Positions 13,700-27,000 of a stretch of DNA of 64,000 nt are shown here, one piece after another; position 1 is the first letter of the stretch; every line of letters begins with the position of its first letter. This DNA is from Octopus sinensis (Eukaryota). Location: positions 78,988,001 to 79,052,000 of the forward strand of contig NC_042997.1 in NCBI RefSeq assembly GCF_006345805.1, read 5' to 3'. Made by a program: the position numbers and the translations under genes. The notes under the pieces were generated by a model. The model saw nothing but the letters and a program-made list of their open reading frames with translations. It did not search any database and had not been told where the DNA came from.

Positions 13700-14660
13700 T
13701 TTTCAACATCACCTAATTTAGACTTCATTATTGCTGCCAATGATAGATTTAAACTTAAAAAGGATACTCTGGAAAAGGAATTCATGGAACATAATCAGGA
13801 CAGTAGTAATCTGAATTTCATAAAACTAACCTGTAATTGCCGATCCCCAGACTTTTGCCCATTAAAAGGGTCCTGTTTGAAAAAAAAAACACAATAGACT
13901 TTAAAATTTGATATAGGGGGCACAAAAATTCATTTATAAACCCAAGCATGAAAAATTTGACATCACTAGCCAGACACATAGATAATTTAAAAGTGCAAAA
14001 TAAACAATTTAAACTAGATTGGTCAATAATTACTCCAACTACTCCATATAACACACAGAGTAGAATGTGTAGTTTATGCACTAAAGAATCCATTAACATA
14101 CTTCATACAAGTAGAAAAATATTATTAAATAAGATTTTGGACGTTTTAATATTTTGTAAACAGGTATTTTTCAACTTAAAAATTTTTTCATATTAAAGTA
14201 TAGCCAACCCATGTTAATTGAAACCTAAATTCCCAATATGTTTTCGAATAGTTGTAAAAGCATCATTTTTCTGTAAGATTTGTAGTATATTTAACCCCCA
14301 GTTTAGAATATATTTTAGTTATCTGAGCAAATTTTTATCACAACATAGGATACTAAGTATGAAGTCTTTTAAAATCTATTAAATAATTTTTTTAACTTTT
14401 CAAATAATCCCTGATGAAGGAAATGTATATATTTGTGATGGGTACAAATAGGTCACCCATTCTGAAATACCTTTCCTGAAACGGCTGTAAGATATGTATG
14501 AATTTGATCTCTGGACTTAAGTATTTGCTTTTTTTGAGCTACCCATACATCTTTTTAATATTTTCGATCTTTTAATGCATTGACAATGTACATTTGATCT
14601 TTAAACTTTGTATGTTTTAGAACAGATTTACAATTTCAGGTGATCTCATATGGATATATA
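13700..14660 (+). mobile_element. Penelope-like element 3' fragment, right arm of an inverted pair
   Basis: FSTSPNL...TCNCRSPDFCPLKGSCL and LARHIDNLK...LDWSII...CSLCTKE...LLNK; reverse-complement homology to 12615-13460. Confidence 0.85.
14405..14495 (+). ncRNA. Type I hammerhead ribozyme motif in the Penelope-like 3' region
   Basis: CTGATGA (14411-14417), stem II AGGAAA/TTTCCT with a long extension, GAAA (14478-14481), self-complementary ACGGCTGT stem III and a GUA site. Stem I is weak, with a C.A first pair. Confidence 0.6.
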
Positions 14661-14754
14661 TTTATATATTTTTTTTGTATTTATATATATTATATATTTT
14701 ATATGGTGAATTGTGTGTTTTGAAAAGTGTGTATGTATGTATGTATGTATATAT

Positions 14755-14963
14755 AGTTAATCCAAACATGAAAACAAAGAGAAAATACAACAACGTGAGG
14801 ACATGGAACAAATATAGTATTATTGGACGCTCAGGAAGGAAGGGAAGAAGGAGGGTTTTACGTTTTGAGTGGAGCTCTTCGTCAGAAACATAGGAAAAGG
14901 AAAGATCCAGAGAAGGGAAGACGGAGGGAAAAAATAGCCAACGGTACACACGCGGTCACATTT
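14755..14963 (-). mobile_element. ~200-bp non-autonomous repeat with a decayed hammerhead-like core (pLTR-like)
   Basis: Minus strand reads TTTCTGACGAAGAGCTCCACTCAAAACGTAAA; same family as the units at 20600-21790; embedded in (TA)n. Confidence 0.65.
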
Positions 14964-15696
14964 TGATATATATTTATATATATATATATATATATATCTG
15001 ATTGTCCTTATGTCTGTGTTTGTCCCCTACTACTGCTTGACAACCAGTTCTGGTATGTTTATACCCCTGTTACTTAGCAGTTCAGCAAAAGGGAACTGAT
15101 AGAATAAGCACCAGACTTTAAAAATAAAAGTATCGGGGGTGATTCATTCGACTAAAAATTCTTCAAGGCGAATCCCCAGCATGGCCGCAGTCTAATAACA
15201 AACAAATAAAAGATAGGTTACTGCTTAATCTCAGTGTTTTCCTATAGCCATTAGAGCATAACTATTAGATCAATGGTCCTGTACCTTAACCTCTCACGCT
15301 ATGAACAATGCACCATTAAAACTTTCAAATTTGTTATAAATCCTATGTTTGCCTATGTCTGATGATCTCTTAAGGCAGCTCCATGTGTATAATTTGGCCA
15401 AACTACTTTATAAATCTTTTTTGGACCAATAAGGAACTTTTAAAGAACTAAAGTGAAAAGAACTATCTTTACTTTTCAGTTTGGAACTTAAAAATGAAAT
15501 AATGGTAATATTTCTACACTTGAATTTTATTCAAAGTATTTACTTTAAAGTGAAAGTGAGTAGGTCTAACCAAAAATGAAGAAACAATTGTAGACAGAGT
15601 AAAATAATGTGTATAGACATATGAAAACAAATAGAATATTGTTTAAAAAATGTATTTTTATTATTTTTAATATAAATGTACATATTCTGTTTTCAG

Positions 15697-15827
15697 ATCT
15701 TACAAGCAATGGGTAAAGCTTACCATCCTGGTTGTTTCCGCTGTTGTCAGTGTAATGAATGTTTAGATGGTGTACCGTTTACAATTGATGTTGAAAACAA
15801 AATATATTGTGTTGCTGATTATCACAG
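15697..15827 (+). CDS. WTIP: LIM protein exon (LIM2)
   Basis: tttcag|ATC...CACAG|gtatat. 131 nt encoding [43 protein letters not shown] plus 2 nt; LIM zinc ligands intact. Confidence 0.96.
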
Positions 15828-15836
15828 GTATATTTA

Positions 15837-15867
<31 letters not shown>

Positions 15868-15925
15868 CTATATATATATATATATATATATAGGCTACTT
15901 TCAAGCCTTCGCCATAACTTGATTT

Positions 15926-16025
15926 NNNNNNNNNNNNNNNNNNNNNNNNNNNNNNNNNNNNNNNNNNNNNNNNNNNNNNNNNNNNNNNNNNNNNNNNNNN
16001 NNNNNNNNNNNNNNNNNNNNNNNNN
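15926..16025. other. Assembly gap (100 N) within intron 2
   Basis: Run of 100 N flanked by (TA)n tracts; the true distance is unknown. Confidence 0.99.
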
Positions 16026-16031
16026 TATATG

Positions 16032-16076
<45 letters not shown>

Positions 16077-16495
16077 GATAGGGTCTTAGTAAGTAGCCTA
16101 TCACCTTTTTCCGAGCACAGCCTCTTCCGCTCCCGTTTAATGCTCAGTAGGAATATTATAGTAGTAATAATGATATGAGAGCCAGTACAGTGACACATAA
16201 TCTCAGCTCCACCAGGGAGTACCCACTAGGGGTATAGTTTTATAAATAGTGGTGTTTGGTTGACAGTAACAATGGGAGTAGGGTAGAGAGCCCCAATAGC
16301 ATCCCCAGCATCATTTCCCGCAATAGCAGCACCACGGGCAGTAGCAATGACAGCACCCTGAGAGATGTGGAGAATCAGGGGTTATTCCTATAGTTTATAG
16401 TGACGTAGTGGAAAATAGAGTAGTAAGCGGCTGCAGGTCTCGGAACGAATATAGTGGACAGGAACGCAGTTCTAATTTCAGAAACTAATCCTAGC

Positions 16496-16896
16496 AGAAT
16501 AAGATTCACGTCGGCGAACTCCAAGATCAAAAACGCTTCTACCAATGCAAGGTTTACACGGACTCAGATGTCTTCACTTATGTAGGGGCCTCATCCTCAA
16601 GATTGTCTTTGCGTGTCTCCAACCATTACGCAACTTTTCGGGACATGAACAAGTGCCAGACCACGGGACTCAGTAAGCTAATATGGCGACTGAAGGATAC
16701 GAACTTAAGCTACAGGCTGGAATGGTCAATTTTGTCGGTGGCCCTCCCATTTGATAGGGGCAGAAGGCAGTGCAACCTTTGTGTCTCCGAACTCTTCCAT
16801 ATTTTGTTTGCCAGAGGCCGGATGGTAAATGGGCTTTTACAGTCGGCTTTTCGATGCCCCCATTGGCGGCATTACACTTATCTGGCTTTTAAATAG
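16496..16896 (+). mobile_element. GIY-YIG endonuclease ORF (Penelope-like) in a ~1.7-kb CpG-retaining insert bounded by (TA)n
   Basis: Open frame RFYQCKVYTDSDVFTYVGASSSRLSLRVSNHYATF...TGLSKLIWRLKD...LEWSIL...CNLCVSELFHI...CPH. No RT motifs found between 16078 and 17783. Confidence 0.7.
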
Positions 16897-17792
16897 CGTT
16901 TATAAATAATACCGGCACCCATAGCCCTTGGTAACAAATTCTGAAATAGCCTTTAAGATATCTACGATTAACCACTGCAAGGGGAATTACTCCTGTAAGA
17001 CAAACGGGGCTTGGTTTTTTCACAGCGGGGGGTTTCCTTGACAAGGCAGGCTTAGATGACACACACACACATAAAACATAATATATATATATTTTTTTTC
17101 TGCCACCCAACGGTTCTCGCGGCAGTAGCCACTGACAGCCGAACGATCAAACGCACACACGTACACAAAAAATGTTTTCTACCCCTACGCCAACACACAC
17201 ATATATAGAACAGTATACACACACACACGTCTCTAAGTAGATTTTTTCTCGCCCCTTATAAAACATCCAATATTCCTTAAATAGTCAGAACTTTATTCTC
17301 GGTCACAAAGAACACCACACACCCTCGCCCACATGATTGACCGATGCCTGACCCGTTAAATTCTTCAGCCACCGGTTCTCAACATACCTGATAAACAGTT
17401 TGCCATGGGCTCTTAGGAGCATAGTTCGATTTGTTTTTGCTCCGCCTCTGTTCTGTTTTTGTTTTTCCACAACGGATTTCCTATTTTCTTCCTGAAGAGA
17501 AAGACACAATATGGTCCATTATTCAATCGGATTTTGGTAATTTGTGCCTTTCGAAACACGTGTAGAATGAAATAAAACGATTTCTGTTCAATCTGCGTTC
17601 AGCTCCATTTCTTCAATTCACCAATAATGTTTTAATTTCAATTATCCGCACCAACGCACGGTTTGCAACACCATATGGTTGTACCTCCAACCGTGCTGTT
17701 TACTGCTGTGATTTTTGCTACTAAGGTATCGTTTAAACTTTTGATTAATCTACTACAAGATTATTCATCTTTCTATTTCACATAATATATAT

Positions 17793-17858
<66 letters not shown>

Positions 17859-18706
17859 CTATTTTTTATTGTTTGAACTCACCCAAACTTTGGGGTATCT
17901 AAATGCAATGCTCATAGAAACCTAGTCTAATGTTAAACTTGCTTAAGAAAATAAAAGGTCATATTTGTTATTTAAAGGACACAATCAGTTTCAAATGTCA
18001 AGTATACCATAAAATTTTCAGAAACTGTTAAAATTGTTCCTTATTTAAATTTTGAGAGGAAAAAGTAATTTTTTTTCCTTTCTACATAATGTGGTATTCA
18101 TGTGATAATTATTGTGTTTAGAATCAATTAAAAAAATTTTTTGTGTCTAAATCAAAATATCGTACTGTGCTTATTACTTGGATGAATTCAGATATCTTAC
18201 TTTAGTCCAAGTTGTGATAACGAGCTTTAGCTTAGTATCCATTGTATTTTGCAAGGAAATGTGCATTTCATTGCAGAACATAAGTTTTATGATTGAATTT
18301 CCTTTAAAAACTTGTCTTATGATTGGTCAGTTTCTATTTTTCAAGTTTAACTCGTAGAAATAGATTAAAGTAAGTTTTCAAATGCTGTAACATACATATT
18401 ACCTGTTATTGGATTGAAACTGTGAAGTTAAGTTTAATAATGCAGTCAAATCAGTATTTTCTTCTCTCACTCAACATTGACACGCTCTAAGTTTGACACT
18501 CTCACACTAAGCCTCCATCTTGTTTCTTCACTTAATTTATTAATTGCATAGTCATTGCCATGTCAAAGCAACTGATGATGAACCTAAACTAATTAGAACA
18601 TATCCAGATGTTAGTACTAAATTTTAGTCAATTTTTTTCTTCTGTTTCCATTGCATAAACTATATATATATAACCACTGCCATTTCATATATATTTTTAC
18701 TTACAG

Positions 18707-18758
18707 GATTTATGCTCCAAAGTGTGCAGCCTGTGGTCAAGCAATCACACCTGTTGAG
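18707..18758 (+). CDS. WTIP: LIM protein exon (start of LIM3)
   Basis: ttacag|G ATT...GAG|gtatgt. 52 nt completing the split Arg codon, then IYAPKCAACGQAITPVE. Confidence 0.94.
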
Positions 18759-19239
18759 GTATGTATTTATGATATATAATTTTACTGAAATCTTCACTGA
18801 ATAGCTTTTGAATCTATTTTTGTAGGCTGGGATTGACCATTGCCATAAAAAGATCTTCAATAGAAACTATTTTAAAGTTAGCTATAGTTTCATCTCCTGT
18901 TCATTACTTGTAAACTAGAATGTCCTTGTAAAAATGCTGCAATATGCCCATTAAATTAGGTATGTAACATTGAGTCAGTTAAATGTGTGGCTGAACTGAC
19001 CTCAACAATGTCATCCTTTTTTTTCTTTTCTTTCCAATGGCCTGATAACTGAAGAGATGGCAGCGTGGATTTCCGCACCGACATCCAAAACTCGGAGTTT
19101 TATCATGGCTACCAAATAATTGTCACATATTACATTTACAGATAAATTCCTCTATTTACATTATATCGAGGTCTCTTTCATTCTTTTGTTGTCTTACCAT
19201 TTCTATCAATATATATATATAGATGTGTGTGTATGTGTT

Positions 19240-19298
<59 letters not shown>

Positions 19299-19301
<3 letters not shown>

Positions 19302-20580
19302 TCATCGTTTAACATCCACTATCCATGCTGGCATGGGTTGTGTAGTTTGACTCAGGACTGGTGAGCCAGAGGCTGCACCAGGGTCAGTCTGATCTGGCAA
19401 AGTTTCTACAGCTGTGTCCTTGGCAACGATCATACTCGGATATGCTTCTTTTAACGTTCCACTGGCATGAGTGCCAATCAGGCGGTACTGTCAGCAACCA
19501 CGTCAGCAATTTTGATTCATTTACACTTGCCTCAATAGGTCTTCACAAGCAAAGTTCATTGCTCAATGAATAAGGGATGCTCATAAGTGGGCTGGTTACA
19601 CTCCACTTTCAAATGTGCTTTTAATGTTCCACTGGCACGAGTGCCAATCAGGCGGTTCTGTCGTTGGCCACACCAGCAATTCTGATTTTGATTTCACTTG
19701 CCTCAATAGGTCTTCACAAGCAAGGTTTGTTGTCCAATGAATGAGGGGTGTTCATAAATGGGCTGGTTACACTCACTGGCATAGGCCATGGGCTATGGCC
19801 TCACTTGGCTTGTCAGGTCTTCTCAAGCACAGCATATCTCCAAAGGTCTCAGTCACTAGTCATTGCCTCGGTATGGCCCAATGTTTGAAGGTCGTGCTTC
19901 ACTACCTCATCCCAGATTTTCCTGGGTCTACCTCTTCCACAGGTTCCCTCAACTGCTAGGGTGTGACACTTTTTCACACAGCTATCCTCATTCATTCGCA
20001 ACACATGACCATACCAGCGCAATCATCTCTCTTGCACACCACACCTGATGCTTCTTAGATCCAACTTTTCTCTCAGGGCACTTACACTCTGTTGTGTATG
20101 CACACTGACATTACGGAGCATACTGGCTTCATACCTTGCAAGCTTATGCATGTCCTCAGTAGTCACGGTCCATGTTTCGCTGCCATGTAGCATGGCAGTT
20201 TGCACACATGTCATACAGTCTATCTTTTACTCTGAGCAAGAGGCCCTTTGTCACCAGCAGAGGTAAGAGCTCTCTGAATTTTGCCCAGGCTATTCTTATT
20301 TTCGCAGCTACCCTTTCAGAGCATCCACCCCTGCTACTGACTTGGTCGGCTAGGTAACAGAAGCTATCAACTACATTTAGTTTTTCTCCCTGGAATGAGG
20401 CGGAAGCTGTTCTCTGCACATTTTCTTTGTTTATAGCATCTGAGCATTTGCCACATACAAAAACTATCTTCCCAGTTAGCCTCCCTTTGATATTGTTGCA
20501 CCTCTTATGTGTCCATAGCTTACACTGGGTTCATCTTATGGAGTTTCTACCTATGCCTTTTCTAAAGATTGAGCAGGGCC
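19299..20580 (-). mobile_element. RTE LINE, 5'-truncated
   Basis: LNVVDSFCYL, AWAKFRELLPLL, MLHGSETW, LDLRSIRCGVQER; (CAT)n tail at 19299; ~170-bp internal duplication (19440-19600 / 19610-19770). Confidence 0.88.
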
Positions 20581-20599
20581 ATATATATATATATATATA

Positions 20600-21026
20600 T
20601 ATATAACTAATCCAAACATGAACAAGCAAAAAAAACCAACAACGCGAAGACGTGAAATAAGTGTTATTGGACACTCAGGAAAGGAAAGAAAAGAAAGAGG
20701 ATTTCATGTTTCAAGCGGAGCTCTTCGTCAGAAATATAGAAAAAGTCCAAAGAAGGGAAGACGGAGAAATATATATATATCCATATATATATATATATAT
20801 AAATTTCAATGTGACCGCATATGTACCTAAGGCGATTTTTTTTTTTTGTTCTCCATCTTCCCTTCCTTGGATTTTTCCTTTTTTCTATATTTCTGACGAA
20901 GAGCTCCACTTAAAACGTTAAATCCTCCTTCTTTCTTTCCTTTCCTGAGCGTCCAATAACACGTTGTTGTGTCCTCGCGTTGTTGTGTTTTCTCTTTGTT
21001 CATGTTTGGATTAACTATATATATAT

Positions 21027-21078
<52 letters not shown>

Positions 21079-21529
21079 TATATAACTAATCCAAACATGA
21101 ACAAGCAAAAAAAACCAACAACGCGAAGACGTGAAATAAGTGTTATTGGACACTCAGGAAAGGAAGAAAAGAAAGAGGATTTCATGTTTCAAGCGGAGCT
21201 CTTCGTCAGAAATATAGAAAAAGTCCAAAGAAGGGAAGACGGAGAAATATATATATATCCATATATATATATATATAAATTTCAATGTGACCGCATATGT
21301 ACCTAAGGCGATTTTTTTTTTTTTGTTCTCCATCTTCCCTTCCTTGGATTTTTCCTTTTTTCTATATTTCTGACGAAGAGCTCCACTTAAAACGTTAAAT
21401 CCTCCTTCTTTCTTTCCTTTCCTGAGCGTCCAATAACACGTTGTTGTGTCCTCGCGTTGTTGTGTTTTCTCTTTGTTCATGTTTGGATTAACTATATATA
21501 TATCCATATATATATATATAATATATATA

Positions 21530-21560
<31 letters not shown>

Positions 21561-21790
21561 AATTTCAATGTGACCACATATGTACCTAAGGCGATTTTTT
21601 TTTTTTGTTCTCCATCTTCCCTTCCTTGGATTTTTCCTTTTTTCTATATTTCTGACGAAGAGCTCCACTTAAAACGTTAAATCCTCCTTCTTTCTTTCCT
21701 TTCCTGAGCGTCCAATAACACGTTGTTGTGTCCTCGCGTTGTTGTGTTTTCTCTTTGTTCATGTTTGGATTAACTATATATATATCCATA
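20600..21790. repeat. Tandem array of ~480-bp units, each an inverted pair of ~200-bp hammerhead-like repeats (2.5 units)
   Basis: Units at ~20600-21080 and ~21080-21540 are nearly identical; a half unit follows at 21560-21790. The spacers are (TA)n. CTGACGAAGAGC cores occur on both strands. Confidence 0.85.
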
Positions 21791-21879
21791 TATATATATG
21801 GATATCAAATGAATAATAACATACGATGAATTGTCAGCTCATTAAAGCTATTTCTTACATAACATTTTAATAGAACCCT

Positions 21880-22933
21880 TGGAACTGTCTGAATTTCAAA
21901 GAGGCTGTATTATGTGACATTCTGAAGGTGGACATAGTCAGTGTAAAATCGCAGAAAATCTTGGGATCCTTCTTTCTACAGTTAATTGAGTGATTGTGCA
22001 ATTCAACAAAGGGAAGGAGTCCACATCACCTTGCCCAGAGCAACTAGGGCCCTCTGACAGGACACTTCTCTTTGGTAAGAGAAGTGTGGAGGATAATCCT
22101 TGTTGCAAGACTTCTGACATAGCCAAACAAGTTGATGTCAGTCCCAGAACAGCTGTCAGGTATCTCCATAAACTTGGTTACTATGGCAGAGTGGCAAGAA
22201 GGGAGCCACTTCTTTGACCAGCCAACATCAAGTGGAGAAAAGATTGGGCCAGTGAGATGGTGGAGAGGCCACTAGCATTTTAGAACACTGTCATATTCTC
22301 TGATGAGTCCAGATTTGCTGTATTTCCTGACACTGGTCGATTGTGTGTCAGGAGACTCTGTGATCAAGAATTTGATGTGAAAAAATTGCAACCAACAGTG
22401 AAACACAGCAGCTGTTCTGTGATGGTCTGGGGAGCAATTTGGAGTGTGAAGGAAACATAAACTCAGATAGATATGTGTCCATATTGCAGAAAGGACTCTT
22501 TCCATTCTTCTCCGGTGGTGAAATGATTAAAGAAAACTCTTTATTTATGGAAGATGGGGTTCCTTGTCACACAACTAAAACAACACAAGATTTGTTTGAG
22601 AATGGCATTAAAAGCTTCCGTGCCCAAGCCAGTCACCAGATATGACCCCTATTGAACACCTCTGCAACATAAACGACAGGACACTTCATAAAAAGAATAA
22701 GAAAGCATCTTCAAAGCCAGATCTTTTGAGATTACTGCATGAAACTTGACAAGAAATTCTGCAAGAGAATATTCATCATCTGATCAGAAACATGCCTAAT
22801 AGGTCCATGCATTGAAAAATTCAATATTAAATATTCACATTATAACAACTAATAAGTAATTTGAATGTATAATTTTAGATTTAAATAAATTTTAATGATT
22901 ATAAGAGTGTCTATTTACTTCTGTCATGTCTGT
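21880..22933 (+). mobile_element. Decayed Tc1-family transposon
   Basis: HTH ELSEFQRG..., RYLHKLGYYGRVARREPLL, VIFSDESRF, VMVWGAI, FMEDGVPCH, SQSPDMTPIEH (DD34E-type); several stops and frameshifts. Confidence 0.88.
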
Positions 22934-23944
22934 GTATATATGCATATGTGTGTGTGCATATATGTGTGTGTAACCACAAAAATGAATGATTGAGAAGAAT
23001 TTAGTCATGGACATAACTCTAGAATGAAATACAAAAATTTTCAGTGGCTGCAAAACAAAATGATATTAAATGCAAATTGCTAAAAACTAGAATAACTTTC
23101 TAAACTCAAGGACTGCTAAATTAATGTGTCCCCTTCTATTTCTTTCTTTCTTTCAAAGTTCAGAAACATGTTATCCATCTGGGTATATTTTGAACATATA
23201 AATTATCATTTAAACATATCCAAATGCTGCTGTAGTGCACAGATGGCTTCCCTACCCTGTTTAGTATTTTTCAACTCACTTCCTTAGACAATGTTATGGA
23301 TGTAGTGATATACATAGATACCAGAAAGGAAAAGGTAGGGAGGTTGGTTTGGTGTCTATTGAAATTAATATTATTTTTCTAAAGAAAGTAATGTGTTTTA
23401 ACTAATAAATATATATCCAGTGAAAACACCTCCATTAGCAAGCATCATGATCAGGCTTACTTGTCTAGAATAGTCATTAGTAGTATATACATGAAAAAGT
23501 TTCAATAATGCTCATTGAAATTTTTTTCATGTTTATGTTATGTATGTCTTGATTGTAAATGAATTTTGCATTTATCTTCTAAAATAATTGCGATGAAATA
23601 TTTAGCTCATATATTGGCAACCATTTTGTGAATTGTGTCACTTCACTCATCATCAGGTGGGCCTCACAACTAAAAAAAAAATTCAGAGATAATTTTTTAT
23701 TAAGGCATGCCATTCAGAAAGTCCTGTGGGCTTCAATTTACTAACTCCTGCCTGATTTAGCTGTTAGTTTTGACATATTTTTATTGCTATTGAGGAAAAG
23801 GAATACTAATTCTATATTTTAAAAGTAAAATGAATTACTATGAGTTTTGGTAAATAATTTTTATTATATATTTCTTTTGAATAAATTTTAATGAATATAG
23901 TTTCATATTCACATGTAAAAAAAATTGTCTAATTTTACCTTCAG

Positions 23945-24013
23945 GGCACTGAAGAAACAGTTCGTGTTGTGTCAATGGATAGGGATTTCCATGTTGACTG
24001 CTACCATTGCGAG
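23945..24013 (+). CDS. WTIP: LIM protein exon (LIM3 middle)
   Basis: cttcag|GGC...GAG|gtgagt. 69 nt encoding GTEETVRVVSMDRDFHVDCYHCE, with the RVVSMDRDxH signature of Ajuba/WTIP/zyxin-type LIM3. Confidence 0.96.
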
Positions 24014-27000
24014 GTGAGTTAATGGACAATTTGTTTCTGTTAATAAAAGTTTCTTCTTCATATTAGTTACTTACATCCCTCAATATGATTTATACAAGTT
24101 GTGTGTGTTTGTTTGTGTGTGTAGATACATAATTTCTACTATGAGATGCAGTGAGAATTCATTTCCAGTTAAGAAGTGCATTTTGTGTAACAATTGCTGT
24201 CAAAACGTTTTTCATATTTTAATTGAATTCAATGAAGTTGATCACCTTTATCTGATTCAATTTTTTGAAAATGAACTCCAACTTCTCAAAGTGACTGCTA
24301 ACATTTGAAGATACAACTAAGTGCACCAGTTGAAACTATATATTGTTATCATTGAATTTTGATATGACATTTACATTAGCTGCAGAACTCACTCTGCAGT
24401 AGTGTACATTTTCATATTCTGTCCAAAAAACTGTATTTAATCTATTAAACCTTTAATTGATTGAATTTTTACCAGAATTGTCCATCAATGTTCTTGTCTT
24501 TAGAATTATTGGTGCATTCAAAGCTGTTGAGGAAATCTGTTGTCATTTCAACGTTGTGATAGATAGCATTTGCTATACCATAGTGCCTTATTGAAAGGTA
24601 AACACCCTGAGCAACACCTGTGTTACATATGACTTGCTTGTTTCAAATAAGAGGGTACCACTCAGAAATATTTGTCTATCAAGTTCATCATTTTAATATT
24701 TTTTTAGAGGCTTTCAGGGATAAGGATTTTGTTAATCTTTCAATGTTGGCATCTTTTATACTGTCGTGTATATATTTGAATTTACTGTGAATAATGAGAT
24801 AAATCAAAAGCCCATATTTAATTCAGGCAAACTTTATTGCTTTAAGAAATTAGTTCATCCTTAATTTGAAATTTGTTTATAAATAGGGTTCTAGTTATCC
24901 AATCACTGGTTTACTGCATTTGAGTGATAAAAGGTGTTGGTGGTGATCTTTCTTGCAGTATCAATTGAGCCTGCAATGAATTGGTTGAGTATGCTCTGTG
25001 AAGCATTTATCCATGATAGACAGACATACTCCATATAGCTTCAGATTTGTGTCTTTTATACAATTGTTGCTCTTTAAGTAGTTCCCTAAGTCATTCTAAA
25101 TCTGTTTCATACTGGAAATACGTTCTTCCCAGCTTGATGTCTACAGTTATATCCACAGTTTCAAACCTTGTCTCAGAAATGTGCACAGTGCAATACTTTT
25201 CCCCCTACCTTTGCTTCTCTTGAGTAATCAGCTCTGATTTGTGAATTTTACATGTAAGATTTTGTCCAGTTTGTGTCTAGTTTTGATTGCTTGTCAACTT
25301 TAGAGTCATGCCCTGAAAAGGATGTATCTCATACATATAACTACAAGAGCCAGAGCAAAAACCTAATTCCATGCATCTGTATGGGTTTTAAAAGGATAAT
25401 TATTTTTTACCACACGATTTTTTTTCCTTTTATCGTTTTAAAATAATCTTGTATCAGTTAACCAGTTCAAATGTTTTATTTGTTTTAAATATCAAATAAA
25501 TTTGGAAATTATTTTCACTCGGGGTAAATCAATGCTATATTTATGCTATAAATAAATGTAATTATTTACATTCTATCAACAGTTACTAAGCTAGTCAATT
25601 TATTACTAGTATCATGATGTATAAACTATTAAATACATTAACAAAAGATGTTTCTATCCATATTTACAGCTTTCAAGACAGAATTAAACAGTAAACTATC
25701 ACCTGTTGAGTTACTCTATAACATATAGCATGTATTATTGTTGAATTCTGTTTTTTTTAAACATTTCATGAATCTTTCTTTTTTTTTCTTTACCTCACAC
25801 TAGTGAATAGCTACAGTTTCCTTGTTGCTAAACTAATTGCAATTCAAACATTATTGGCATGGTTATTACCTGATTAATAAACTTACTACTTTTTGTTTGA
25901 GGTCACTATGAGAAATGTTGTTAGCCTTGTGTTGCTATTTCTCTTTAGTTGTATAACAAAGGCTTTCAGGGATTGACATTTAAACTTTAGTCAAATTTGG
26001 CTTTCATTCTAACAATTGTTTTTTTTTTATCTATGTTTTTCCTCCTTAAAAAAAATTATTCCACGTTTGGTTATTTCATTCTTTTAAAATCAAGTTAGCT
26101 ATGGTGTGTGTGTGCATGTGTGTGATTATATTCAGCCAATATTTAAAGTTTTGCCTAGCTCACCATATATCTCTGGCTGAGATTTGTTCTTGGTTGAGAT
26201 TCTCATCGTTTGTCAATAACTTTGTGAAAGGCATGTATATCATAATTCCTTTCTTCATCTTTTGAAATCTTCAGGTTTCTTCCTTATTTAAGAAATAAAA
26301 GAAAACACTATATTTAGATTTGTAATACATGTTTCTTTTGAGAATATTCTTTTACTGCCTTATTTCTAGCCTCTTAAATCTAACCATGCTAGGTGTTTTT
26401 CTTTATTACATTATTTTTGAAGAAAGATTGCTGATCAAATCTGAAATCTGTTTAGAGAATTTATTAGAATTAAGTAACTTAAATTATTTCCTTTTCATGT
26501 CATTAATTCTTTATTTCTTGTTGGACCATGTGTTCTCTTTATATTTAAATGAATGTCTTTTGAAAAATTGGAAACGGAAGTCTTACTTTACATTCAGTTA
26601 GTTGTTGAAATTAGTTCACTCATTATTTGTACATAGCGCTGTATTTAAAGCATTCACTAAGTTACAATGAACTATCAGGAGACTCAGTTGGAAGCAGTGT
26701 GGTTCAGGGGAGTTAACTTCATACCGATCAATAATTATCAACAGAATTATTTCTGAAGTTGTCTCCCTTATAATTTACATTTCATATTTTTGTTTAAATA
26801 AATTAAACAGATTAGTTTCTTTAACATATGTAAATCATTCTCATTATCCAATCTCGTGTAATACAGTCTGATACTTAAAAATATAGATGTCCAAAATACG
26901 GATAAATTTTGTGGAACTCGTATCTCATCACAAAGGAGAAATACCTTATCTTTACCAACTTTAGTGTGGAAGATAGGAAGAACAATATATTTTTAGATTG

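Noticed and set aside
15676-16089. 137-aa ORF from the track
   Set aside because: Only 15697-15827 is exon; the rest reads through intron, (TA)n and the N gap.
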